Positions 9,098 through 20,818 of a DNA stretch of 64,000 nt are shown piece after piece (positions within the stretch are counted from its first letter, which is position 1; each line of letters starts with the position of its first letter). The DNA lies in assembly GCA_051362555.1 (NCBI GenBank), contig CM120647.1, positions 8,680,001 through 8,744,000 on the forward strand. Reading direction: 5' to 3'. Position numbers and translations under genes: made by a program. The notes under the pieces were generated by a model. The model saw only the letters and a program-made list of their open reading frames with translations. It did not search any database and was not told where the DNA came from. This DNA comes from Lingula anatina. Taxonomy: Eukaryota > Animalia > Brachiopoda.

Positions 9098-12000
9098 TAA
9101 AAAAAAACACGAAAATATCTTGCATATATTTGAAAAAGTTTTATTAACAAGTCGACAAATTCCCATTCTTATCTTTAATCATTTTTAAAGTATCAACTTG
9201 TAAAACTACATTTTACAAATCTTTCAACCAAAAAACATTGTGAATGTTTCAATATGTAAATCTGTGAGACAAATGTATATTTCATTAGATAAATAAACTG
9301 TCAGTTAAACTACCCGTGTTGTTTGATCTTATAATATTAAACAAAGAACTTTAGAAAAGGCAACAAAACCAACGACGGATCCAGTACCCCATGCATCTAC
9401 CCACAAAAAAAAACTCCGACTCGCAAAATCAAATGTAAACGATATTCTGAATTGCCCAACATTTTTTAATTTGGCCCCCATTAAAACTTTCCTGGATTCG
9501 GCGTTGTTTTTGCCTCTTTGCATGCATAAGATATAACGAAATGGTTTCAGTATAAGTGCAGCGGTAAAGTACAACTGGCAAAATGAAATGAATTATAAAC
9601 GTTACAATAACATGGAGAACCTATTTTTAAAGATTCTCTTAGAAAACCACGTCACGAGTACAGTGATCAAATCTTGGTACAGTCGATGAACAGGCCATGG
9701 TATTACTTACAACCTCAACTTTTTTTCAACTGCAAAATCTAGTAACAAAAGTTGTGCGATTCCCTGAACAAAAAGCGTTCTCAGTCGCAAGAAAAATATT
9801 TCTGAACCTGCTTGGTGATAATAATGGAATTTGCTGGTGAGAGAAAACTGTCAAAGAACAGCGTAAATTGAAAAATAAGATAATGTTCAATCCCGTGAAT
9901 AGTCCGTTCATCTTCATGGAGTACCAGGATTTCAGCAACAAACTCGTGTCAAAAATGTCAGTTTTATTTGACTAGAAAACATGTCATATTTTGTATTCTA
10001 CGAACACGCTTTTCAGGTAAATAGGTACCATTAACCTTACATATTAAATGTTTCTTTAGTTATTCGGCCTGAGATTACAATCCACATAAAAATGAGACGG
10101 ATAATAAACGGTAAATAGTAACATTTCTATTTCATACATTATTGTACACTTAATTTGGCAAAAAAAAAGCTTATCAAGTTCGATACAGTTTCGCAAATGT
10201 AGACTAAAATTTATGAGACCAGTACACTTCATATGCATCACTTGTAAAACAAAATAGTCAATTATGTTCTGTATAATGACAATTTATACAACAAGCTAGC
10301 AAGTTTTTTTTAAATTCGTGATGTCATTTCCATAAAAACAAAACACGAAAAACTTATCTTGGCAGAGCGTGGCAACGTGGCATTGAAAGTAGACTTGGTT
10401 CCCATGCATGGATCGATCCATCTGGATCGGTCTAACTCCCTGGGGAGTCTCACTAAATTGCTATCAACTAACCGCCTTGGATCATTCCACAGTATTTTGT
10501 TATCCTTCTTTCTTTATCCGCATATCCTGCGTAAAATCGTACCTCTCTTGCTAAATCTGTCAAAGGAGTTTAAATTGTTGTGTAACATGAGGTGCTGCAT
10601 CAACTGGAAGGTGACGCAAGCCTGAAGCCAAATGTCACATAGGGTACTAAATACTGGGGAATGGTCAAAGCCAAAATATGTTCTCCAAAATGGAACACAC
10701 ATAGGCTACCATCAAAAACGTAACATTGAATATCATAAAACGTTTTACTGAACCAAATAAAACTAAAATATTTGTATACTTCGTACCCAGACCGCCTGGC
10801 ATCCACTCCCTGGTCACTGAAGACTGAAGAAGTGATTATTCTTTATTGGTGGAAGGTTCCATAAGATACATGGGGGAGGAGGTGGGATGAAGTAAGCGCC
10901 TTTTCTTTTCAACACTCAACATAATTTGACTAGTGAAACATGATATTAAAATTAGCAAATATAAAAATGAATAAGAAATGACTAGTGGAACCTGATATTA
11001 CATAAAGCCAATATGGATAAGATTTCAAAATATGCTAAACGCTAACAAACCCCAGACCTTATCCCCCCCCCAAATGATATGACACTATGTAGGTCACTGG
11101 CTCTCCTAATATGGTCCACTACTCGCTTTCATCTGAACAGTGTTTGTTCATTTTTTAACTAGATCGTACACTAACGCCACCTGGAGGAGAAAAGAACTGA
11201 GCATCTCTGTTGCAATCCATAACTCAGTGTATTGCTGTAGATAAATAGTGTAAGACGAATGCAATGGCCACACAATTACCTAATAATGAGTAATTTACAT
11301 TGTTTTGACTGCATAATGCCACATGACTTTGATGCATGAAATTCACTCATATTAATATGGTGTATCCCCCCTCAAAAATGTACCCAATTTGAATGAATTA
11401 AAGGCACTTTGCGTTAACATGTAGGGCATTTTAGATAACATTTTGTACATATACTCCTCTGCGTCCTTATCGGTTTATACTCCATTACCCTTGGGGCTGT
11501 TCCATACGTGATTTCCCGGTGGATGCTGTCCTTGTGTTAATAGTGTGACATTGTACTGGGATTGGCACATAGGGTTGGAAAAACTGTTTTTGAAGTGATT
11601 CTGGTCCATGGAAGGCCCAATATAGACCCCCCCCCCCCAAAAAAAAAAAAAAAAAAAAAAATTCCCTTGGCAAATATCGCTTTCTTCTAAAATCCGAAAT
11701 GGTCGCCGCTGAACGAGGTGGCCGGGTCACCTTAATGCCCATATCTTGGTAACCGAGTGCCAAAGAAACTTGTTTTAAGTTCCAGTTCCTAACGAGTTAG
11801 ATATTGTCAATCATTTGCATACAACACCATAACAAGGTCGGGTGGGGTGAGGTCCGGAGCATTCCATATCTTCACGAAATGGAATGAACCGTTTTGGAAA
11901 TTGCTGATGCAGGAACTAATGATAGCCCGTTCAAATACCCGTATGATAACTTAAAAGCGCCGCTTGGCGATACTTTTGAGAAGTAACCAAACTCTCTCGC

Positions 12001-12128
12001 AAAAGTATCTGGTACCTCTTTCGTTCCCGTTGAAAATACCAAAAATGGCGAGAGAACGGAGAAAAGTAACGCGATTAAATGAAAGCGTTCTGGAGATTAA
12101 CAATGCACGTGGCGGAATGTTTTAAATT

Positions 12129-13513
12129 TCAAGCATGCGCGTCACTAGTCTCCTCTGTGAGTTTCATTTGAATGGCGTCATCTTCGCAAGCCTCTTTCTC
12201 GGTTTTGACCTTAACCTTTGCCACATAGACTGGCAGTCCGAACGTAAGACAGGATACTCCAACCAACAGCAAACTAAACTGAAAAACAGAATAGCAAACA
12301 GCGTTCTAAATGTACAGTAGGGGTTAAGATAGGAAACTTTAATTACATGTTTTTAAAGGTTTTTTTTTATTTTGTAAAGATGAAAGGTTTTAATGAGAAT
12401 GGAACTTAAACTCTACTGGTATAATATGGTACTGGTACTAGTAGCTCGTACCGTATGCTGGAAGCTTACATCGCACTAGGACTCGCTGTTCGCGCAACTG
12501 GGTCACAAAAATGTTCCTTAAAATGTATCACAAACTTTACATTTCTAATAAACTTGGGAGTGAGTAGTTAAGAAAAAAGAGGGAGAGAGAACATTCCAAT
12601 GCTGAAAAAAGCAAACGATAGATCGCATTAGATTGCGCATGGGTCGACGGCTGCAGATGGCTTTATTGAACCGGAAACACGACAGTGACTGACAGAGTTA
12701 GAAAGAAAGAGAGAAACAAACTAACTTACAAAAGGCTTCAATAAGCTGGAAAAATTGAACATTAATTCATACTTACGTAGAGAGGATCGCTGTGAAGTTT
12801 GTGTTTATACCAATGGAAAAGTGGGTATTGAAGCCCACCAAATACCGCCATCAAAGCCCGCTGAACAGTGTAGATCTTACCAAAATGTGCGATTGGAAAT
12901 CTGAAACAAAATGGTTGAAGTTTTCAAACTGTATTTATGGTATATTATCCTATACAAAACTGTTAAAAAGAACGATCTATGAACCCAAATCTTGACTTTA
13001 ACCCAAATGTCTATTTTACTAACAATTTTTCACCGGTTTCTATTTTCAATTCAAGAATGACCAAAAATTAGAAAAATAACTCAAAAGCGGATTTATAGAC
13101 AACAATTTTCGTATTTTACCATACAGACCATAATTTCCAGATATTGATATTTTTAATGTGCTGCTGGTATACGATTTCCGATTATGAGAGGGTTCAAGAA
13201 GCTCACTTACGCGTATGCGACGAATGCCGTTTGGATTCCGAACACTCCCGATCTGAGCACACAGTGGGACACCATGGCTACGAACTGTACCTCAAGGTTT
13301 GGTACAGCGCACAGTATCCAAACTATCAACCCCGACACACTGCCGATGAGAAAGGAGGGGATATACGTCTTTGGGTCAGCTAGAGGATAAAAATGAATAT
13401 TTTGAGATACAGATTGTGAAGAAACAGCTATATTATTATTATTATTATTATATCGGGAGATCAGAAAAGGCAGAAGAGAGAGAGAGAGGGAGAGAGAAAG
13501 AGAAAGAGAGAGA

Positions 13514-13547
<34 letters not shown>

Positions 13548-15119
13548 AAGATTTAGATAAAAGAGAGGCGGCCTGGGGGAGGAGGCATACCGTGTGTGGC
13601 TCCTATCCTCTGCTGTTTGCCATCCGTGAAATAAGAAAAGTCGATCGAGAGAGAGAGAGAGAGGGAGAGAGAAGCCACACTCACAGCCGAAGTTGATCTG
13701 CGGACTAACAGATCCATGGACCAAATATGCCTGAACCATTTGAAAGCTTAATCCCCGCGGGGAATATATTCATTGGGGAATATGCGGCAAGCTTTCAAGT
13801 GGGTCGGCCATATTTGATCCGCGAATCAACTTGTTCTGATGCGCCCAGAGAGCATGTGTGTGTGTGTGTGTGTGTGGAGATAGAGAGACCAGGGTAAGGG
13901 ACGTACCGTGTGTGGCATCCGCCCTCTGCTGTCTGTCTACTAAATACCCCAAAATTGCGGAGGCGGGCATACTGACCACCAGCTGTACGTACCCTACCAC
14001 GTCCGTATACAGACTCACTAAAAAGAAAAAAAGGTGAAAAATAATTTTAAAATTTTTAAAAACTGCGGAGTACAAATGCCTACGGCAGTTGAAAACACTA
14101 GACGTACATTTTAGATATACTGTACCATGTTAGGTAGCGCGATACCGAGAATAATCAAGTTAATTATAGTTATCGTGTAATTAAATGTTAATTAAAACAA
14201 AACCATTCATATTCAGACTTCTTTTTATCCGGTTATATTTCTGACACTAGAGGCTTACATTTGCTTTAAAATAATATCATACCTTGTTGAATGTCCTTGT
14301 TGGACCGGAAGTCTATAATGGCATTGAAACTGCCAAAGTAAAGTGTCACCAATAAAATATTGCCAGCAAACCACAGCTCTGACCACCAAAACAAGGGTTC
14401 TTTTAAGATTGACAGGAAAGATGTCGTGTTTCCGGTCACGTGTGACGTGGCAGTGACGTCACCACCTTCTTTTAAGTCGCCATCTTCTTTTACGTCACCA
14501 CCTTTTATATTTCTATCCTGTTGGACTTTTTCATCGGAGTTTTGTGATGGGGCGTTAATGAGATTGGTTGTGGTGTCCTCTGTATCAGCGTGATCGTTTT
14601 CTTTCACATGCGGTTCCGACCGCTCATAGAAACATTTGCACACGGCAAACGTGCACGTGTGTAATCTGGAGTCACTTTGTGATTGGATGTCCTTCTTGTG
14701 GTCGTAATGTCTCGGGGGGAGAAAGAAAGTTGTTGGAACAGCGATGAGGAACGTGACTGCAGCAAAGCAGATCAAGGAAGAACGGTAGTGAATCCCACCG
14801 TCATAGGCAAGCTGTAAACAAAGAAATATCAAGTTTTATAATGAGTTTTTAATAAATTTCATTTTATTTCAATTTTGTTATATATTAACGGGATAACGGC
14901 TGTTCATTTTGACGTGAAATGTGCAACTAAACGAACATTCCTGAGGTTAACGACAATTTTCCCATGCTTCCCAATAGTCAAAATTCCATTCAACATTTAA
15001 AGTAAGTCAATTGCTTATTTATTTCAGTGTCTGCTTTTTATTTCAATAATCATTGCAAGGGATAGGCCTACTGAAATTTTATGGAATACGCCACATAAGA
15101 ATTTATCCTTATCATCATC

Positions 15120-15164
<45 letters not shown>

Positions 15165-18100
15165 AAACCTACCTTCACCAGTAACAAGCTAAAAGCGCTC
15201 ATACTGGCCGCTCCGTTGAGATAGGAGCGCAGCGTCGTCTTTCTGGTGGGGAATAGCAGGGGCATGGTGATGTCAGTGGAGAGTAACATGGACCCCCCTA
15301 GATAGTGGAAGGACGCCCCTGGAAACAGCAACCATTCTGCTCCTGAAAGATAAAACAGTGGTGGTTACGAAAATAATACAACGTGGCATTGACTCTAGAA
15401 CAGTTTCATTAGCTATGTTATTGTAATAGACTTGTGAAGATCCTTTTGTCTATAGCTACTTACATTTGTCTGGTCTTACCAGCCAATATTTCGTATGCTT
15501 GCAGTCATATTTTTACAATCAGTGTCATATTTACAAAAACTTGTTAAAAGACCCCTTCATGTCTTTATTTATAAAATATTTTACTTCTATACATGTATGT
15601 AAAAAAAATGCTACCAGTTGTATACTTTTTACTATATACATGAATGTATGCAAAGTCGGTTACTAAGTACTATCTGTGAACATTTAGACCCCATTCCCAG
15701 AGATTTGATCGATCCAAACTAGATCGACCTAACTCCCTGGGGGGTTCACGCTAAATAGCTGTCAGCCGAGCGGGCACGAAAGTTAATTACCCCCTTACAG
15801 CTTGTAGTAGGCGGGACGGACGTTTAAGCCGGATTATCTGACAGTAATCTAGTGAGACTCCCCACAGGGATAGATCGATCTAAATGTCTGGGAATACGCC
15901 CTTAGTTTAAAAGAAACCTACAATGTCCGTGATGGGATACTTAAATGAAACCTTGCAGCTGTTTTATTACAAGAAAAAAATGGTTATTTTTAAATAATAA
16001 CCTTTAAGTTTCTGTAATGTTGGTAATTAACATTCATGGAGTGAGTCAAGATCCACGGTTGTTATGTAAAATTGGAAGGCATGTTGTCATAATGTGCGAT
16101 ACTTAAACAGCGGCATGTACATGTAGGCCTACCTCGTTCCCATACCTAGGTCGATCTAGCAGGCTCGACCCATCTCCGAGGGGTTTCTCGCTAAATTACC
16201 TTCATCTTAAGCGGCTCTGATGTCTGGCATACCAACTGAAGCTGTTAGGGGGTAATTAACTATCGTTTAGCAGCTTCAGTAGGCGTGCCAGACATCTGAG
16301 CCGCTTTATCTGAAACCAATTTAGCGAGAAACTCCTCGGAGATGGGACCATCCTGTTAGATCCATCTAGGTATGGAAATGGGGTTTAACAGAAACAGGGA
16401 GAACGCCGTAAGTAATTGAATAGGGAAGAGAGAAATGTAGAGAAAGAAACTGAAGGGGGATGACTACAGAATACCAAAGACCATAATTGTCGTGTGGTTT
16501 CTACCTCACCTAGAAACTAATGTGGAGATTATAATACCATCGTCACAGAATAATGGAGTAGGCAGGTTAATTTATATATATTAATTCCATGAATTTTTAC
16601 TCGATCAATGTGCCCATATGAAACTTAAATTCTTTGAGAATTCAACTATCTTCTCAAAACGATCTTGTGTCGGGTAAAATATACGGTTAAGTTAGCAAGT
16701 AGGGCAAATTTTAAATCAAACCCTGTAGGCCCTATACAGTTACATGTACACCCGTTTAATAACAAAATAAAAAAAATAAAATGGGCATTTTTCAATGATA
16801 CCTTTTTTATCAGACACCTCCACATTATCCTGAACTGAAGTAGCCCATATTTGATCTTTCAGCAGAAGTTCAGACTAAACTAAGGTCTAAGTTTCACAAA
16901 AAACTTAAGTCAGGTTCCCTGGCTAGCATCTTTGTTACCATTTTTACAGGGTCACATGCACATATCGTACCCCATAAGAAACAGTGTTACAACACTCTCA
17001 TGGGCATCCTAGTCAACTAAGCCAGGGAAAGGACTTAAGTTTTTGTGAAACTGGGGCCAGGCGATCCCTGGTGCGTTGGAGTGTCTTGATTAACCTAAAT
17101 TGAATTAGACCGAATTTGGCCTTATAGCTAGTTAGTATAGTTTATTGCCGAATCAACTTGACATAGGCATATAACCATAAAAAGTATAACATTTGTGTTA
17201 GGTGGAGGTGGCAACCACTGTTGACATATTGGAGTACCTAAAAAAGTGGTGGATGGACAGACTTATATATCTTTAAAAAAAAATTGCAGTGTGACTTTTC
17301 TTTATAAGGCTAGTATTATATAGTAATTATATAGTATACCAATAAACAAATATTGTTGGATCAACTCAAAAACTTATAGTGTCCTCTCTAAGCTTAGAGG
17401 CAGCACACAGGAATCTAGCTAAATTTCTTAGGTCAGTAACATTATGTGTACTTAATAACTGTACTAGTTTGAAAGTAGATGGCCTTCGCCAGTAATACTG
17501 TTTGATATAAACTCTTCTAAAGTCAGAGTACAATTTACATATCAAAATAAAATGATACTCATCTTCCACAACATTATCATTTGAGCAATACTGACAAATT
17601 CTTTGGTTACGAGGGATATTACTATATCTACCCTTCTCTATTCTTAAAGAATGGGATGAAGTTCTAAATTTACAAATTAATTGTCTATATCTATATGTTA
17701 AATTAAACGTTAAGAGTAAACTTCAGTGTAAATCTCTTTGATAAAACAGGCGCCACCTGGTGTGTTGGAGTGTCTTGTCTTACCTGGTTCTGCCATGGCC
17801 ATCAGTAATGCCCCGCCCACGGTTAATGTTCTACAAAAACGAACAAGACAAAGGTCAGATATTACTTTGTGTAGGTATGTTAGTCATCCAGGCGTACTTT
17901 TTATGAATAATTAAGTTTTTTAATCTATTGCTGGACTTAAAATTTAGTCTAATTGACGACGTTGCGTCTCCTCTAGAAGACTGGTTGAACGTTTCCTGCT
18001 GGGAAACGGAGCGTTGCCATTTTGACCAAATGCAAATCCAGTAATATATTTTTTAAAAATTTAACTCAAATTTTATATCAAAGTGCAAATATGTACTTTT

Positions 18101-18878
18101 GTGTGCTACATGTGTCTTATATCCAAATATACATAATAGTACATACATGCGTACACAAAAAAGCAATGCGCAAAACACAAAAAACAGCAATATTTATGCA
18201 TTTTTGTTTGCAATTTACATATTTACATACATATTTTTTTTTCAAATACATCAGGTAAAGATTCAAGTTTCCCCTTAACAAAATCACAGAAATTGTTTCT
18301 ATAATATCAGGTCCATAGCCAGCACTTCCAAAGAGTGGGTGGGTGGGGGTTGGGGGTGTCTGTTTCTGAAAAAATTCGTGTATCTCAATTTTTTAGCAAG
18401 ATTAGATCTTCTCCCATTCGAACCCCCCGACCTCCCACTCCCCCCCCCCCCCACCCCCCCCCACCCCCCCCCCCCCCACCCCCGACCTCCCACTCCCACC
18501 CGAACCGGCTACGGGTCTGAATATTGATATGACTTACGTACTAATACCCCGGGCACACACAAATCCGAAATGATCATAGATGTACCCAAGCAGCGGCATG
18601 GCAACCTGAAGTAGCACCGTCACTGTGAAGACTAGATTCAACATCTCCTCTTGCTCGCGACACTCGTGGGAAACACGTGTTTCAAAATCCTCTTGGGTCG
18701 ACCTGTTGAAATCCGCGGACGCGTTCGTGCAGAGATGAGAGTAGAAATGAGCGTCCCTGAACACGTACACCAAAGACTGCCAGCCAATGACGCTAACACT
18801 GTAGATGCTGACTTCCAAGGAAACCAGAGTAGCTGCTAGGATTTTGTATAAGCGTGAATACTCGTACGTCGAGGTCAT
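12129..18878 (-). CDS. SLC43A3: SLC43-family MFS transporter (SLC43A3/ENBT1- or LAT3/4-like), 8 coding exons, ~546 aa
   Basis: Exons 18878-18538, 17830-17784, 15342-15173, 14811-14283, 14017-13907, 13379-13211, 12900-12777 and 12278-12129; all introns GT-AG and phase-consistent (1641 nt). Family motifs: IGWQSLVYVF..HFYSHLC, C.EQEEMLNLVFTV, LLGYIYDHFG, AVPNLEVQF, AFPIAHFGKIY, LQYPLF. An acceptor at 18925-18926 implies a non-coding upstream exon. Confidence 0.9.
13683..13847. mobile_element. Palindromic MITE family B (PIF/Harbinger-like), copy 1
   Basis: Shares CAAATATG...TTGAAAGCTT / AAGCTTTCAAGTGGGTCGGCCATATTTGATC with the copies at 21818, 29313, 39918 and 56119. Confidence 0.75.
15687..15901. 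mobile_element. Palindromic MITE family A (TTA-flanked, Harbinger/Tourist-like)
   Basis: tta|GACCCCATTCCCAGAGATTTGATCGATC ... GATCGATCTAAATGTCTGGGAATACGCCC|tta; related fragments at ~6855-6895, 10390-10475 and 31790-31830. Confidence 0.7.
16131..16384. mobile_element. Palindromic MITE family A, near-perfect ~250-bp hairpin
   Basis: CCATACCTAG..CATCTCCGAGGGGTTTCTCGCTAAATT..CTGAAGCTG pairs with CAGCTTCAG..AATTTAGCGAGAAACTCCTCGGAGATG..CTAGGTATGG. Confidence 0.8.
16884..17058. mobile_element. MITE family C (TIR containing GTTTCACAAAAA..CTTAAGTC)
   Basis: AGTTTCACAAAAAACTTAAGTC..TTCCCTGGCT versus AGCCAGGGAA..GACTTAAGTTTTTGTGAAACT; a partial copy is at ~6918-6967. Confidence 0.7.
17125..17720 (-). 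mobile_element. 5'-truncated non-LTR retrotransposon (LINE) 3' end: ORF2 C-terminal Cys/His region plus 3' UTR
   Basis: The frame reads RQLICKFRTSSHSLRIEKGRYSNIPRNQRICQYCSNDNVVEDEYHFILICKLYSDFRRVYIKQYYWRRPSTFKLVQLL, typical of invertebrate RTE-X/L2-Crack-like ORF2 tails. AATAAA is at 17141-17146 (-). The clade is uncertain. Confidence 0.85.
18308..18519. mobile_element. hAT-like short non-autonomous element (CAGG..CTG termini, G/C-run interior)
   Basis: CAGGTCCATAGCC ... GGCTACGGGTCTG; the same family occurs at 24437-24596 (CAGGCCTGTAGCCAGC ... CTACGGGCCTG). Confidence 0.6.
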
Positions 18879-19464
18879 CTTGTGACTAAAGCTATATTCA
18901 AGTATGTACTCCTAATGCGAAGGTCTGCGTGAAAGTAAGGTATAAAATTCCCAAATCTGACGTATATTTCACACAAATATGCAACCCAAAATGAACCCAC
19001 GGTCGCAGGCCTTTGTTCATGTATTACCCATCATGAGTTATGAAAATCCATGATTAAGTACTATATAGATCGTGGCATTCCCTCTCTTCCGGCTTTAACA
19101 TCAACTTCAGCTCATTCTGCGTTAATTCTTGCACCGTGTGTATAATGGTCGTACAGCAGACTTAATCTAGGCGTCGCACGTTCCTTACTGCGAACGATTA
19201 TCTTTAAAAAGAACCTTAAAATAGAGCAGCCGCGTGTTTTGCCTGCTCACAAAAGGAATGAGCTGTGAGAAATTGGGTCAATATGAAGGCTTGTCCAATT
19301 ACGCGCGTCATAATGGACAAATGCGGGTAAATATAGAAGTAAATACAACACAGGTAGTATGAACTAACGGCTGTGTCCAAGGTATTGATTGGGCGTGCTG
19401 CTGGCGTACAGGTGTGCCGTGTCTACCACTTTATGGAGTATTCGTCTTTTCACGGTATTATAAT

Positions 19465-19702
19465 CAGGGGCGGATCAAGTATTATTTGAAAGGGTGGGGG
19501 GTTCTTGGCTTGAGACCCGGTGCCCGCTTAAGGGCCCCGAAAATTTTCGTTATTTTAGAGGACGAACGGTGCCATTTGGTACTGTTTAGAAGAATGATTC
19601 AGCTAGTCAAAATTCTTATTGCAAGAGGTGACCATTGGTGTAATTTTTTTTTCAGAAATCGAAGGGGGCCTCTGACCCCCCCCCCCTCTAAACCCGCCAC
19701 TG
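19465..19702. mobile_element. hAT-like MITE with near-identical 8-bp TSD
   Basis: attataat|CAGGGGCGGAT ... AACCCGCCACTG|ataataat; relatives at 19777-19900, 31832-31870 and 54551-54811. Confidence 0.7.
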
Positions 19703-20267
19703 ATAATAATTTATTCTATATTTGTTTGCTGATCCTTTGAGTGTGTTTGACAGTGTACGTTATTATAGAAATACCCCAGTGGCGGATTTAGGGGGGTCGG
19801 GGGGGGGGGTCCCACCCCCCTTCGGTTTCTGAAAAATTATTTTGAATTAAGAATTTTGACTACCTAAATCGCCAAAACTGCTGACAATCAATTTACAATC
19901 TATAGCACGGTTTTTGAGTTCCACGTTTATTAAATATGAGTTACTTTCCTACATGTACCATATAGAGATAAAACCTGGCGAATTTCAATCACGACGGCAA
20001 AAGTGCAAATTAGGACATGGAAAATGGGTTTACAGTCATTTTAACCAGGGAATTATATCCGATATTATTCCCTGTTTTAACGGATCCGTACTAGGGACAT
20101 AACCGAATCAGTTATTGCAAAGAAAGCCAAATTTCTGCTGTTAAAGTTCTATTCCTCACTGGGTTACCTTATAAACCCATTTTTTACTCGGATAGACCTA
20201 ACATCCGCAGTAACATGTTCTGTAACATATGACAAAAGTGAATGAATATAATGAAAACTTATAAATC

Positions 20268-20273
20268 TTTATT
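20268..20273 (-). terminator. Candidate poly(A) signal of the ADCY3-like gene (3' UTR ~1.8 kb)
   Basis: TTTATT on + (AATAAA on -) at the end of a U-rich minus-strand tract. Confidence 0.4.
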
Positions 20274-20490
20274 TACATTTTAATATTTATAACACAACCT
20301 TTTGAAAACTGAACCGCAAACAGTGCATGTACGAGTACATGTATATATACATGTACGTATGACTACAAACAAATAAACAACACCGTTTGAATAAACGCGC
20401 AAAAATATATTTTCTTAAACTGTGCATTGTAAAACGAGCATTTGCTTAACTTAAGGCAGAAGCCCCTGATTTAACAGAAGCCCTCTAATA

Positions 20491-20818
20491 CCCTTCATAC
20501 GAAAGTAGCAGCCCTCTGAGTTTACTGAGTTGCAACTAACATGTTGCAAGATTGATGCACTGTCGTTTTTTGCTGTTTGGAATCCATTAGCAAATTATAA
20601 GGCCTGATGCAAATTTGCAGCGACTTTGCAGCAACTCTGCTGCTATACTTCTGCAAACTACAAATCCCTCTTGCAAACATGCAGCAAATTTGCAATATGG
20701 CTGTAAATTAGCAGCAATAACTTTTTTCTTGGGAACTCCCGCAAACTTATTGCTGCACACTTTTAGTTTGCGGCAATATTGCTGGAATATTGCTGCAAAC
20801 TTCTCATTTTGCTAAGGG
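20491..20818. mobile_element. Non-autonomous DNA element with CCCTT..AAGGG termini and internal TTGCAGCA/TGCTGCAA subrepeats (EnSpm/CMC-like)
   Basis: Short TIR plus many TTGCAGC/GCTGCAA/TTGCAA motifs in both orientations. Confidence 0.55.

Noticed and set aside
10543-10621. Exon-like segment (cttcAG|ACVTFQLMQHLMLHNNLNSFDRFSKR|GTACG) as part of SLC43
   Set aside because: The SLC43 model is already complete at the 12129 stop, and the segment has no recognisable homology or partner exons.
13144-13390. + strand ORFs of 68-79 aa
   Set aside because: They are antisense shadows of SLC43 exon 6 (13379-13211).
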